Assembly (NCBI RefSeq): GCF_000143415.4
Contig: NW_003314330.1
Coordinates: forward strand, 186,001-250,000
Origin: Selaginella moellendorffii
Taxonomy: Eukaryota; Plantae; Lycopodiophyta
DNA: 64,000 bases
Reading direction: 5' to 3'
Shown in pieces: positions 38,098 to 50,629 of the stretch; the first letter of the stretch is position 1; each line of letters starts with the position of its first letter. The notes under the pieces are model-generated. The model saw nothing but the letters and a program-made list of their open reading frames with translations. It had not been told where the DNA came from and searched no databases. A program made the translations under genes and the position numbers.

Positions 38098-38384
38098 ATG
38101 CTTTATTTCGTTAAAGTGGAACTTTTCATTATCCCACTTATGGTGTGTGGCCACATGCCATTTTTATAACAACAATAAAAAATTGAAGTTTTAGCTTTAT
38201 AATTTATAAATTAAAAACTTTTCATATGATTTTGTGTTATAATATTGTGAAATATAAAAAATAAATTAAAAAACTGATAGAAATATTAATAAATATTAAT
38301 TAAGTACTAGGAAATGGCATGTGGACACATGCTAATTAATGTCCCACTTTACTGAATAAGTTCCACTTTAACGAAATAAAGCAT
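38098..38384. mobile_element. 287-bp MITE related to the 13.2-kb TIR element
   Basis: TIR ATGCTTTATTTCGTTAAAGTGGAACTT; TSD TTAT (38094-38097, 38385-38388); absent from the paralogous LTR at ~36890; carries two copies of the 22-bp palindrome. Confidence 0.92.
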
Positions 38385-41300
38385 TTATGAGGTTCGCGTA
38401 GGGCCATGGTGTTTCGAAATGTTGTCCCAAAGGCCCAAACTGTGGAAAGGAAGAGGAGTAATCCTTTGGTGTGGTGACCAAGGATCCAGTCAGGTGGTGA
38501 GGGAGTCTCAGAGGACCATGGGACTTAGTGGTCAGGCCTATGGGCCTCGATCCAATGGCAGTGTTCGTGAACACGGCCATGGGCAGAAAGAGACTTGGTG
38601 GGGACCGGAAAAGGGATATTGGGGAAGGTTATTCCCTATGTCTGTGGGCATCCTAAGGATGTTAAGGAATGGATCTGGGATGATCGCTCATGAACAGATG
38701 GCCTAGTCTTTGAGAGACAGGATTGTGATGGAGGTAGTGTTAGATCATCGGTGTGACCAAGGTGAATAGGCATGGCCTTAGCGTAACGGGCCAAGATGTT
38801 GGTGGTACCTTGGGGTGTCGGTCATGGGATCGGACACGTAAAGCACTTGGACCAAGTGCAATGGTTGAGTGGCATGGATGCCATTCTTGGGGCTAGCAAG
38901 TCCCTAAGTCCAAAATAGGACTTATGGAAGTTGTGAGTGAAATTCCTCCAAGTGGTTGAAGGTGTGGTTAAGTGATTAAAGTAGAATGGAAAATTTAGTT
39001 GCTTACACATGCCTTGAGGAGGATAACTATGTATGATCAACACTTAGTTGAAACTAAAGTGAAGACCATGAGATGTACTCATATTAGTATACAACCTCCT
39101 CATAGACAAAACTTACGGGCATTAACATTTTAAACTCAAATAATTAAGTTGGACATCATTATCCTTAGCTAAGATGCAGAGCCACCAAGACCAAGTCAAA
39201 ATCAATGAGAGCTCAGTACTCTCATAGAGTCTAATGAAATGTAAGATGCAACTTGCCACTTAGTATAACATTACAAAAGAAAAGCATAAGGGTCACATTT
39301 TTAGAAAAGTGCAATAACCACTTTTCTACACCAACTCTAAACTTTATCCAACTTAATTACCTTAGCCCTAAAAGTCAACATTTCCTTCAGACCACATCAT
39401 ACAACCTATCTACTAATATTTAAACCAACTGAAGTTAACTCCAACCCCCTTCACTAGTTTGTATTGGCTTTCAAAAACAAAATGCTTTTCGGGCAAAGTG
39501 ATCAATAAATCAGCCATTGGAAAAGCTTAAGAAAATTTATAGAAATTTTCCATCCTAGAGAAAGAATGACTCTCAGTCTAGAAATATAAACTTTAAGACT
39601 TAACCAACTTCCTCCTACTAATAATTTCACATAGGTTCACCTCAACACCAATTCTCATGATCTAACAATATGTTTAAGCATTAGACATTTTGGCCATTTT
39701 TCCAACATCCAACATTGATATCTGTAAAATGCAAAATGAATATTTAAGGTTTAATCATGAAAACCACATCTTCAAATATTTATATTGCACTAACACTCTT
39801 CTTCAATCATTTTCAAGATCCAATGTGAAACCAAAACACTAACAAGAAAAATAAAATGAAAAATCAAGGTCTAAGAAAAATTCCTCATCACTTGAAATAA
39901 CAATGTCACTTTCACTAACACAAATGTTAGTGATGTCAATGCCTCAACTACACACCTTATCCATCCAACAATCTATTCTAAATGCTAATGGATCAATTGA
40001 TAAGCCATAGCAAATGAATGCTACAACTTTTTTCAACACTTCAATAAATAAACCTCAAGGAAACAAGGTACCAACATAAACTTATCATATCATAGATTAT
40101 TATTAAGAACTTAGTCAAAGTTACTACAATGCTACTACGTGCAAGTAGACTAACTTCACTATCAACCATTTTTGGATTGATCATCATTTAACCAAGCAAC
40201 TTCGCAAACACATTGCTTACTATCACATGGATATGATATAAAATCACAATGACTTGATCATTAATTGAGCAACACTATGTACAAACCCATATTATTACTT
40301 TAAAAGTTTATGTGAGTATCAAGTGCTAACTTGATTCGACAAAATGCAACATAAATATCACATTTCACTGATAAAGATTACAATATCCAACACTATTAAC
40401 TTTTATTCACAATACAGACAAGCTTATGCCACTCTTTATCCAACCGAACTCAAAACTAATCCAACACCAAACTACTCAAGGATTAATAGCAAGGTTCCCC
40501 ATAAAAGAATTGAGCATTGCAAACATAGTATTTTGAAATTGGTTTAACACCTACTAAATCATTAAAGGTACCCTTTATTCTTATAGTAAGCACAAAAATG
40601 TTGTCTTGGTTCATTTAGTGAGTTGCCTTTTTATAAACACTAGATTCAAGTAGGAATGTTTAGCCTTACATTGCCCTACTTTTAGATTTTGGGCCTTCAC
40701 CTTGGATCATTCTCTTTAATCATTTGCTAATACCATTAAGTTCCTACTTTATCCATGCAAGGTGACCACAAACTGATTGAACCACTTCACCACAATTGTA
40801 GCATAAGTTATTTCCCACACTACTAATAGATTTAGTTTTCTTATCAGTGAGTTTGTCCCTTTTTGCTTGACTCCCCCATGTATTTGCTCTTTGGCCACTG
40901 GATTTGGCTTTTTGAACTGATGACTCATTCTTAGAAAACTCTTCCTAAATTTCCCTTTGCTATATATCCCCCTTGGTTTGGCTCCTTTATTAAACAAAAA
41001 CCCAACCATATTGTGTTCCCTTTTCACAAATTATCATTAAAATACACCTTAATAACTGCATCCAATGCTTCATTGTAGGTAGTCGGGTTCCAATGCATCA
41101 CCTCACCTTAAGCCTAGGTTTATAAGCCCAATATGAAGGCATGGAATACCTATATCCATGACAAGGATCCTCTTAGTTATAAATACATTTATATACTCTT
41201 GAATGGTTCTTGTTTGTTTTAGCCTACTCAATTCATCCCTTATGTGTAGAGTAGCATTTATCACTTCCCAAGTGGGCACTAGTCCTTTGCTAGCATCTGT

Positions 41301-42080
41301 TGTTCTCTACCAAGACTTAACATTATCTACTAAATATGGTTTTGCAAATGGGATTTTTCCTGAGCTTGGTAAAGGCGACATTTAGAAATAATTCTATATA
41401 TCATAAAATAAATCCTTCACCACTTTATAGTTATTCACTCTCTTAAAGACTGGTGGGGGTTTTGGTTTGTACTTGGGAATTACATGAGAGACTAACTCTA
41501 CTTTGATTTGTTCAACTTTATTTAGTTTTGCCTCAATCTTTATTAAAAGGTTCACACCTTCTACATTGCTAACATCTGTAGTCTTTTCTTTAACTTGTAT
41601 ATGAGGGTCTCTAGTGGGCATTGGTCTGTGCAAATTGTCCTTTTAGAGTGTACAATCAAGTCTTGGATAACTAAGCCTTGCCACTAAACTCTTGTTTGGA
41701 AATTTCTTCATTGGAGTCCTCTTTATGTAAGGATTTAGCCATCTCCCACCAATCCACATCTATCTTTTGCTAGAATTGAGGAAAAGGTTTCAATACCAAA
41801 TTGTAAGCTACAAATTTTTACTTTTCATTTTGCCAACTTACCATCTATCTGACCACCTCTACATTGGCCTTAGTTAAATTCCTTGCCAAGGTTCCTGCAT
41901 ATTATACTAGCTCCTACTTGGTCTTACTTAGATTCAACTACTCATTATATGAGCAATGGGGTATTAGCCATCCATCCATGGATTCCCATATTCTCTTCCA
42001 ATCCCTCTCCCTGGGTTAGATTAGACTTAATATTCAACTACATTCCATATAGACATAAACAAGCTGAAACTCCTGAGTTT

Positions 42081-42136
42081 GGACTTCCTGGGAGGTCACC
42101 CAGCCCAGTACTATTCAAACCCAAGGACGCTTAACT
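42081..42136 (-). other. 5S rRNA-derived segment (A box, IE, C box region) in the Cassandra 3' LTR
   Basis: AGTTAAGCGTCCTTGGGTTTGAATAGTACTGGGCTGGGTGACCTCCCAGGAAGTCC versus plant 5S AGTTAAGCGTGCTTGGGCGAGAGTAGTACTAGGATGGGTGACCTCCTGGGAAGTCC. Confidence 0.9.
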
Positions 42137-42479
42137 CCAACTATCCCAAGACCCTTAACCGATTGGAAAAGGGGGTGCACTCTTATTCATGGGCCCTTTC
42201 CCTCTATATTTGAACCCCATGGATCGTCTCTCAAGTCGTTCCCTTTGGTTGCTTACAATCCACCACGCTTCCCTGCAAGTTCACGCCCTCGTGAACGGAA
42301 GCTGAGAGCCGCAGCTCTCCCGAGAGCCCCACTCTCTTGACACCCTACCCCTCGGGTCGAGCCCAGCGGGAGCAAACTGGACCAGCCAGATGTCAATCAA
42401 CATGTGGTGTGATTCCCCTAGCCAACCAACAAAGTTGGACCCGAGACCCCTCTGATACCAAATGTAAACTCCTGAGTTT

Positions 42480-42535
42480 GGACTTCCTGGGAGGTCACCC
42501 AGCCCAGTACTATTCAAACCCAAGGATGCTTAACT
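42480..42535 (-). other. 5S rRNA-derived segment in the Cassandra 5' LTR
   Basis: Same as 42081-42136 with one substitution. Confidence 0.9.
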
Positions 42536-44088
42536 CCAACTATCCCAAGACCCTTAACCGATTGGAAAAGGGGGTGCACTCTTATTCATGGGCCCTTTCC
42601 CTCTATATTTGAACCCCATGGATCGTCTCTCAAGTCGTTCCCTTTGGTTGCTTACACAAGCAAGCACACTAAGCCTCTAAATTCCTAAATTCCCTAAGTA
42701 TAATAAAACTTGATCATGAGACCCTCTAAATCCCAAGCCTTAGATACATCTTTTTCTTTAGGACCTTAGGGGGAAACATTGTGGTTTAACAGCACAATAT
42801 AAGTAACCCCCACTCCCCCACTCTTGTCTCAAAGGGAAGGCCCAAGCCCCTAGGAAGGAGTGAAGAGCAATGAGTTGCATGGACTTAGTATCGGACTTGG
42901 TCTCAAATCTGATTTTGGATCTTGGACTCAGTCTCGAATTCAATCTCAAATCTTGGACTTAGCCTCGGACTTGGTCTTGGACTCCGTCTTAAACTCAATC
43001 CTTGGACTTGATCTTAGATTCAATCTTGCACTCGATCTTGGAGTCGATCTCGGACTTAATCTCAGATTTGGTCTCATCTGATGAACTCTTTATCATTCTA
43101 ATCATGATGTTCAAGATCTTTTAGCTTATGACACATGAGGGAGTTGGTTCCTTACATAGCTATACTGACTTTACATTTAGTCCAAGTGCTTTATATATAT
43201 AGTCATATTGCAAACACTTAATGATGATTTCATTAATTGGGATTTTATACTTTCTTGTGGCATTCTTCTTCAATGAGCACGATGTCCAATTGATGAATGG
43301 TCGACAAGTCTCTTTTAGACTTATCGCACAAGACTGAGTTGATGGAACTGACAACATTTGAGACTCATTGCAACATCTTTTTCAATGTTGTCTCTATTTC
43401 AAAACCTTTATCAATCTTGGTCTTCCTTGGTTTAAACTAATGAACCTTAGGGTTTACCAAACCTTAGTTCTCCCTTTAGATCCACCATGTTGAATATTCC
43501 TTTAGAATATTCATGCCCCTCTCATCAACCACAAAAACCAAATTGGGCTCCAATACTAATGTTAGGATCTTATCCCTTACACCCTAAACCAATTGGCTAA
43601 AGGGGTGATCACTTGATTGCATGGCCCTTCCAAATAAGATCAAACTTATACTATTTACTTTTTAATACTCTCAATTATACCCTAAATATTATAAGTTAGA
43701 TCTTATTAATTTTAACTATTATAAATATAACATACCTTAAAGTAGTTTATCTCATTTATAAATAACTAATTTGACTATTATGAGAAGAATGGATTGAAGA
43801 AGAAAACTAGAAAGATTTAAAGAAGGGAAAATTGTTTATTTAACATCACACCACGTCCAATTCACTATCAGGATAATAGGACAATATTAATATTTAATAA
43901 AATATGGAAAAATACTGATATTAGGACATAGCATTGATAGCTCATGACAATCATAAATGTAAACTCCACTTTGTTATATAAGACTTTTTATGGTGAAGCA
44001 TTAATAGAATTTTGGGGCAAATAGATCCTAATTTGAATGCTAAATGTTCATATGTTTCATGATAAAAAAAATACTTGAGAAAATAGTC

Positions 44089-44660
44089 TATTGAGGTTTA
44101 AATATTGAGGGAAGGGACCCATGAATAATAATATATCCCTTTTTAAATTGATTAAGGGTATTAAGATGTATGGAGCTAATGAATAATACTAATTTAGGTG
44201 ATGTCTTGGGAAGTCTAAACTTAAAAGCTTATATTTAGTATAAAAGAAGTCTCAAATCCACTCTTTTGTTAATTAGTTAGAGGAATCATACCATATATTG
44301 AGATTAATATATGACAATCTAATTTACTCCCACTTGTATGTTTTTGAATTTGGACTTAATCCTAGGATGCTTAACCCCAAATATCTCAAAACCATTAACC
44401 AATTGAAAAAAAGTGTGCACTCTTGTTATGAGCCCTTTGGGTTTAGCCCAACTAGAACATATTAGACCACTAAATATCAATCTCAATTTGTGATTCCCCT
44501 AGTTAATTAATAGAGACTTTTCTAATACCAAATATAAATTTTTGAATGTGGATTTCTCAAAAGGTCACCTAGTCCAATACTACTCAAACCTAAAAATGTT
44601 TAACCCTAAGTATCCCAAAAATTTTAATTGATTTAAGAAGGAAATGCACTTTATTTATAA
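44089..44660. mobile_element. two decayed Cassandra copies in opposite orientations
   Basis: 44089-44300 aligns to the reverse complement of 42065-42656 and 44335-44660 aligns directly; differences are mostly C>T / G>A. Confidence 0.75.
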
Positions 44661-45098
44661 ATATAAACTTACAGAGAAGAGTGGTAAATTGTAAGTAATT
44701 ATGAAAAATAGCTTAAGATACAATCTATTATTATTCAGATATAAAGAGAAAAGGGTCTATGAATAAAATTGCACCCCATTTTCCAAACTTAGGAGTTTAT
44801 ATAATCATTCACTTAAAGGTTCTAACAATAAAAACTCTCAAAAGTGTGATGTATTCCCAATCAAGATGTCAAGACATGAAATACTTCAATAATAAACATG
44901 AGCTACTCGGGATAAGAATGTTGAAACACCACTAAGTTGAGGAGAAAGTATCTAATAATAATTGTAGAAGCACTAGTGAAAGCACTAATTTCCATTTAAT
45001 AAATCAAATAGTTAAATGTAATTAAGAGGGGGAAGGGGGGAGGATATATCTTAACAAGTATTATCCAAGAAGATTGGCCATTTAGTCTCATTGCATAT

Positions 45099-45543
45099 TG
45101 TAGCACACTTTATCTCTCTCCCTTAAGCAAATAGGAAAAAAGGGCAATTGTTTGATGAGAGAGCCTTTAATGGCTATTTTATCCCCATTTATCCTCCAAA
45201 GTTCTAAAGATCCACGGTGACAATATATTTAAATCTCATCCCATGATCATATGTGCTACACTCACTCCCCTTTCAGAGATATCAATATCCTCATTGACTA
45301 TTGACTAATAACCCCTACTGAGCCAAAGGGAATCAACACCTCCATTTCCGCATTAAATTTACCAATCCTTCGTGGATACTCCACATAAGAGGAAGGATGT
45401 ATGCATGGATGCCCAATATATACGATTTCAAATTTAGGGGTAGAAATATACCTTGCTCAAGGGTATATTATATTTTTAAGTAGCCACTAATAAATGGGAA
45501 TCAAACCTGTGCCATTTGCTCCGATACCACATGTAGCGCACTT
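45099..45543 (-). mobile_element. second copy of the 162-bp-LTR TRIM, 5' LTR truncated at ~45543
   Basis: Reverse complement of 32579-33356: LTR 45099-45260, PPT, internal region, PBS (gctccgatacca), then only ~12 bp of the other LTR. Confidence 0.85.
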
Positions 45544-45898
45544 GGGGATAGTCCAAAGTTGAGTTGAGCTCACGAGTTGAGCTCAATTCAACATAAGTCA
45601 ACTCAAGTCAACATAGTCAATAAGAAGTATTACAAAGCAAATCTAAATTGAACAAATGAAGGTTTTAACAAACTTTAAAATATTAAAATATGTAAATATC
45701 TGAGTTAAAAGTTTCTATAAGATTGAAATGTTTAAAAAAGATAAAATTCACGAGAACCTATCTTTTATAAAACTATATTATTTTATTATGACAACTGTTA
45801 CAGCTGTTATATTTGATTTGACTACTTAATATTTTGAATACTTTTACAACTGTAGATACTATTCCTTCATTCAAAAGATTTTTTAGGTTCTTGAAAAG

Positions 45899-46137
45899 AT
45901 GGGAAGCAAAAAAAATATAAGATATGTGAGTAAGAGTTGTAATGCAAAGGAATGTGAGAATGTTAATTTTGTTTCACTACCACAATCTCCATATTACACT
46001 TCTAGTCCTTATTATCCATCTGGAAATGTGAAGACTATTATCACGATTGATAAAAATGTTTTTGTTACTTTTGAAATAACAAGAGAAATGAAGAAATGAA
46101 CAGCATGGTGGAAAGCACCAAGAAATCTACTCCATAA
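45899..46137 (+). pseudogene. decayed small ORF homologous to 50084-50341
   Basis: ENVNFVSLPQSPYYT...KTIITIDKNVFVTFE versus EDVEYISLPNSPYYT...ATLTTIENAPVTSE. Confidence 0.5.
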
Positions 46138-47776
46138 AACTTTCCATGATATTTGTAATTTACATATTAATTCATATTAAAAACTCTGTTGCCTAGCTAT
46201 ATTGCAATCCTTTCATATGATAAGACCAAGGTATATTTTGCAATGAATCCTCATTAAAATTTTTTGGGAATTGTTTGTAAATAATAATAAAAAAAATCGA
46301 AATCTTTCGAAAGACTCAAAAGTAATATCACATCAAAGAATCAACTTTATCTACATTTCCAAGACTGAAAGGCAATCTCACATGAGAGAATGGTAGTATG
46401 CCAACGTGCTCTGCCACTATAATGTGGTCTATATTTCCTTACAATTTATTTCCCTAAACATTTGGTATGTGTAGAAAAGAATATATGTGTAGCAAAGTAG
46501 GATTCATCATAATGATAGAGCATGTGTATACATGATAATCTAAAATTCTAGAAGCCCTTATGTTTACAAGAAAGCTATGATTATGAAGCCCTATTCCAAG
46601 ACTGACATTTAAAGAATCTGAGTATTATCAGTTGCATAATAAATAAACCTCATTCCCAAGACTAAAACTTAGTATATAAACTATCTAGAAAAGTTGTAGT
46701 CATCATAGGTTTTTTGTTCTCCTTGAGTTCTTTAGAAGTTTGTATTGAAATGGCTCAAAGGAGAGTCATTGCTACTCGTATTTGGCCCCCCAGCATTTTA
46801 TATTAATCTCCACCTCCATCCCCAAGTTCTACCAACATTCCACCTTCACCTCCACATAACAATCCTTTTTCTACTGAGGGCTCTAGTGAAGTTGAACTAA
46901 AGCTCCCTATATATGAAATTCCGAATCTTACTACTAGAGAGGGATTGCCTCTAGTGCTTCAAAAGCAATGCCACATGTTTTTGCAAAATCTTGCTTTTGA
47001 CATGGTAGGACTACTTGAAAGCACAGAATGCTATTACATTCAGTGTCCAATATACTACTTTTTCTTGGACAAGACAAATGGCTCTATGGGTTTACAAAAT
47101 TTTCTTAAGCACTATAGGAATTGCCCAACGGCGGGTTTGGAAAATGTGCACGTGTGTACAATAGATTCAAGAATGAGTTACGGACACATACCACTATCGC
47201 TTCATGGTGAGGAATAACATCCCCTTGGGAAATATTACATCTGCTATCTACAAAATATGGGGTTTTCAGGCCACCCTACAGTAGAATGTAAAATTTAGAA
47301 TTACTTTACAATAGTATTGTCACTATTAAAAGAAAAAATATAATAAAATAATATTAGTTGTAGGTAATATACCTTGTTCTAAAAGGTGCTATCATATCAT
47401 ATACAATTGTTTACAAAATGTTGAAGGAGGAGATGGCAACACATAAGCAGTATAAAAGAAATCATTATGTTGATGATGAGGCAGAAGAAAACTAATTGCA
47501 TCCTTACATAAAATAGAAAGCTTGTTATATGTTAGATGTCAGTGAAAGTGTCAGATGTCAATAAAATTGTCAGATGTCAGTGTCAGTGTCAGATATCATA
47601 ATTGCAAATTATCATTCTCACTTGTCACCATTGTGGGGAAGATTCACCTTGCATATGTTGAGCCATAGCTTCTACATAGTCAGAGAGACTTCCAAAGCCT
47701 CCAATTCTAGAAACTCTAGATGACTGTGATCTATAAAATAGAATTAAACATATATTGAAATTTTAATAAACATAAT

Positions 47777-49216
47777 TTACCTCCTTAAGGTTGAAGGCAA
47801 CTCACGAAATCCTCTGAGCCGGCGTTTAAAGAAATGATGTTCTTCAATAGCAAACACTGACTTACCAGAGTCACATGCTGCCTCCACCATAGAACCGCTA
47901 TCTGTTGTGCAATCAATCACAACACCATTTGGTGGGCAATAGAGCCCAAGCAAAACTTGTATTGCCGATGGAGTTCGAAATCGGTACCCTGGAAACGTGT
48001 TGTGGATTTGCTCATCCACAAGGTTGGGTATGATGTTAGTGGAACTATTGTACCCAGGCAAAACACGTGTTGCACGTTCACTATCACGAAACCCATCATG
48101 TGTGTTTTTGCAGAAGGCATGATAGGTCCATATCATAACCTGGAAAATAAAAATATTTAGAAATTAGATAAAAATATAAGATACATACTCACCTTTTTAG
48201 GCTTCCCTTGGACACCCCTCGTATTGACACCAATAGGATCCATGATGCACCTGGAAGAGAATGACTTGAAATGAACTTCTGTTGCGCATGTCATAAGCTC
48301 ATACATCTAGTTGGGGTCGTTCGGTAGGATGAAGACGGCATGGCCAGCTTCGAGCATAAGTGCTTCGGACAATAGGAATGCATTGCGCATATGGTCAGGT
48401 GTGAGAAAGTTCCAATCCTCAACTTTCCTATCGATATCTGAAAGACCATCTGGAAAGTCGAAGAGAATGAAGTCCACAACTAGGAGTAAGGGCCTTTGTA
48501 TCTTTCGGCACCAACGGTTGAACTGGTGTTGTATATCCATGTTGATGTCGTCTTCCATGAAAGATGTCAACAATCTACTGTAAGAGCCAATGAAGATACC
48601 CACAATGCCTCACTGTGTTACTGGGGACACAGAATGAACATATAAAAGAGCTAAGTGAATGAAAAAAACAATAAATAGTATACTATTGTCATATGGCATG
48701 TTGTCAATGAGAGTTCCTCTAACTCCTCTTCACAAGCATCTCGTCGAGCTGGAATGAAATTACTATCAACAGTCATTGCTGCAAAAAACATGTATTACCA
48801 CCTTTAGTTTGTAAAATTCACTTTTGCTTACCTCGTGGTTGACGTGATATTCTGTGAACCACTTGATCATCATTATTTACTAGTAAAACCTGATCTGGAT
48901 TTTGGTTGTTTGATGGTTGAACTGGAGCCTAATCCTGGCTGTCTGGTGGTGGAACACAAACTTAATCTGGAGCTTCCTCATCCTCGTCTCCATTGTCATT
49001 TGCATTGCCATCGTTGCTAGCATTGACAATTTCCTTGCGATTTAGTGTAAAGGTCTCCTTGCCTAGAAGTTCTAACTCCCAAAAGCATTCTATCTTCTGT
49101 GCCTTCAAAACTCTCGCAAACATTTGTTAGGTACATTCTTCCATCCCTTACACCCTTTACAACAAGTCGAGTGCAAACTGGTGTCTCAAATGGCATGCCT
49201 CTATATTGAAGATACC
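47777..49216 (-). pseudogene. 3' exons of a ParB/methyltransferase-like gene: beta-class N4C/N6A DNA methyltransferase-like domain
   Basis: VDFILFDFPDGL (DPPY-like motif IV) followed by RTPSAIQVLLGLYCPPNGVVIDCTTDSGSMVEAACDSGKSVFAIE (motif X-I-II pattern KP..L..LI...GD.VLDPFxGSG...AA...GR..IG.E); short GT-AG introns; lesions present. Confidence 0.62.
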
Positions 49217-49320
49217 TATAAACAATATATATTAAAAAACAATCTTAGAAATCATATTATACCTATAAGCTACATGTCGCATAAAATAAAGTTGACCATG
49301 TTAGATCATAAGTTGTTGTG

Positions 49321-49405
49321 CCCCGCCACCCCATAGAGGTACAAAGAAGTTCCCATAGTTCTGGGCACCATGCCCATGAGCGATTATGCCAAACAAAGAC
49401 ACAGG
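49321..49405 (+). repeat. 85-bp ectopic copy of transposase-internal sequence 52105-52189
   Basis: 84/85 identical; lies 16 bp outside the left TSD. Confidence 0.92.
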
Positions 49406-50083
49406 TGTGCTTGTAGACTTCTCTAAAGCTCTATTTCGTTAAAGTGGGATTTATTCAGTAAAATGGGACTAGGTACAAATTTTCAAGTATTTGAAAATGA
49501 CGTGAAATTATATGTTTTTTGTCCAGGGGCTAGATATATCTGGGGCATGGTGACTAGTGCAGTGACTTTATGTCCAGACTGAGTCCATCTGGTTGTATAA
49601 TAAATCTCATTGTCAAGGTGAACAAGCCGAATCTGAAGCTAAAGAAGAGCGATGGCATGCGCGCACACACTATTTGTTTGTTCATTGAGCGTGTGGTGAA
49701 CTTTCCAAGATGAACGTCATTCCTATTAGCCAGACATATAACTTAATGGTGAGAACATTTAGATATTATTCAATGTTATCTTTTTCTAACGAATCTAATT
49801 GTGAAGGTGTAGCAAGAGGCATTGCTAGTCTGGAGAAGTCATTTAACTCATTTGACCCTTGAAATTTTCATGAAACTAAATAACATTCATATTATTAAGG
49901 AATTTCTCTAGTACCTTTTTTTTACGACATAGAGGCTTGCATTTCTTTCAAAGGTGATTTAGTAAAAGGCCTGAGGGCACATGCCATTCTATTTCTCAGA
50001 CCGGTATTAAGATATACTAGTGCAAAGGGAAAAAGGTATTTGGTGATCAAGTAAATGGCATGAGGGCACACGCCATTATAAGC

Positions 50084-50341
50084 CTAAGCGCTAGTGGACA
50101 CCTCCTTTTTGGTACTCTCAGCGGTACTATCATCCTTCTCCGGGTCAGTTGTTTTGCTTTGGATTGTTGTTTCTGACGTTACTGGGGCGTTCTCGATAGT
50201 TGTTAATGTTGCCGTTTGTTCAGAAAAATGATCACCTGGAGTATAGTACGGGGAGTTTGGAAGACTTATATATTCTACATCTTCACCTATCTCCTTCTCC
50301 GTCTCCTTTTCTGCCTCACTTACAGATTTTGTGCTTGCCAT
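50084..50341 (-). CDS. small acidic Ser/Thr-rich hypothetical protein of the transposon
   Basis: ATG at 50341 (MASTKSVSEAE...); a diverged homologue at 45899 supports coding status. Confidence 0.45.
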   Translation of the reverse strand: MASTKSVSEAEKETEKEIGEDVEYISLPNSPYYTPGDHFSEQTATLTTIENAPVTSETTIQSKTTDPEKDDSTAESTKKEVSTSA

Positions 50342-50629
50342 GAGAACGCTCTTCACCCTAAAATATGGAGTTCGTTGTGTTATAAAAGGAAACCAACACA
50401 CACGCTGCAAGGGAATGATGGTACATAAAGCACGTAAGCCCACAATATGGGTTTATGTGCCATTAATATGGGCCACACGCCATATTATTAGATTTATGCA
50501 CGTGTGATTGGTAAATGCATATGTCACATCATCTTTGTTTTACCTCACACACTATATCAAGCCTCCTCTGATTCAGATTCGGATTGTTCACCTTGAAATA
50601 AAATACATTAGAAACTTAGTAAAGGAATA

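Larger units (their letters stand above)
34986..39007. mobile_element. older solo LTR with an internal GAGATG/GAGTCC satellite
   Basis: Ends TATGAAACAC...GCTTACA; TSD CATGC (34981-34985, 39008-39012); colinear with 35586-37514. Confidence 0.8.
33400..40560 (+). mobile_element. highly decayed copia-like gag-pol remnant, split by the solo-LTR nest at 34986-39007
   Basis: Only faint integrase/RT-like readings; the TSD CATGC shows the two flanks were once contiguous. Confidence 0.35.
42065..42656 (-). mobile_element. Cassandra-type TRIM with 5S rRNA-derived LTR domain, complete
   Basis: LTRs 42065-42257 and 42463-42656 (2 differences); PBS TGGTATCAGAG; purine-rich tract; TSD CAAGC; 5S-like core in each LTR. 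Confidence 0.93.
30286..42880 (-). mobile_element. old Ty3/gypsy chromovirus remnant interrupted by nested insertions
   Basis: Related LTR-like blocks at ~30286-30966 and ~41802-42880; decayed PBS (rc of caatacca, ~41791); gag remnant ~41790-40700; integrase remnant ~32400-31200; chromodomain FYVKWKEFPPYQAT*EPEENLEN (~31066-31000); purine tract ~30975-30982. Linking all parts to one element is inference. Confidence 0.6.

Noticed and set aside
42081-42535. True 5S rRNA genes
   Set aside because: Only ~56 nt of the 5S core, embedded in LTRs with PBS and TSD.
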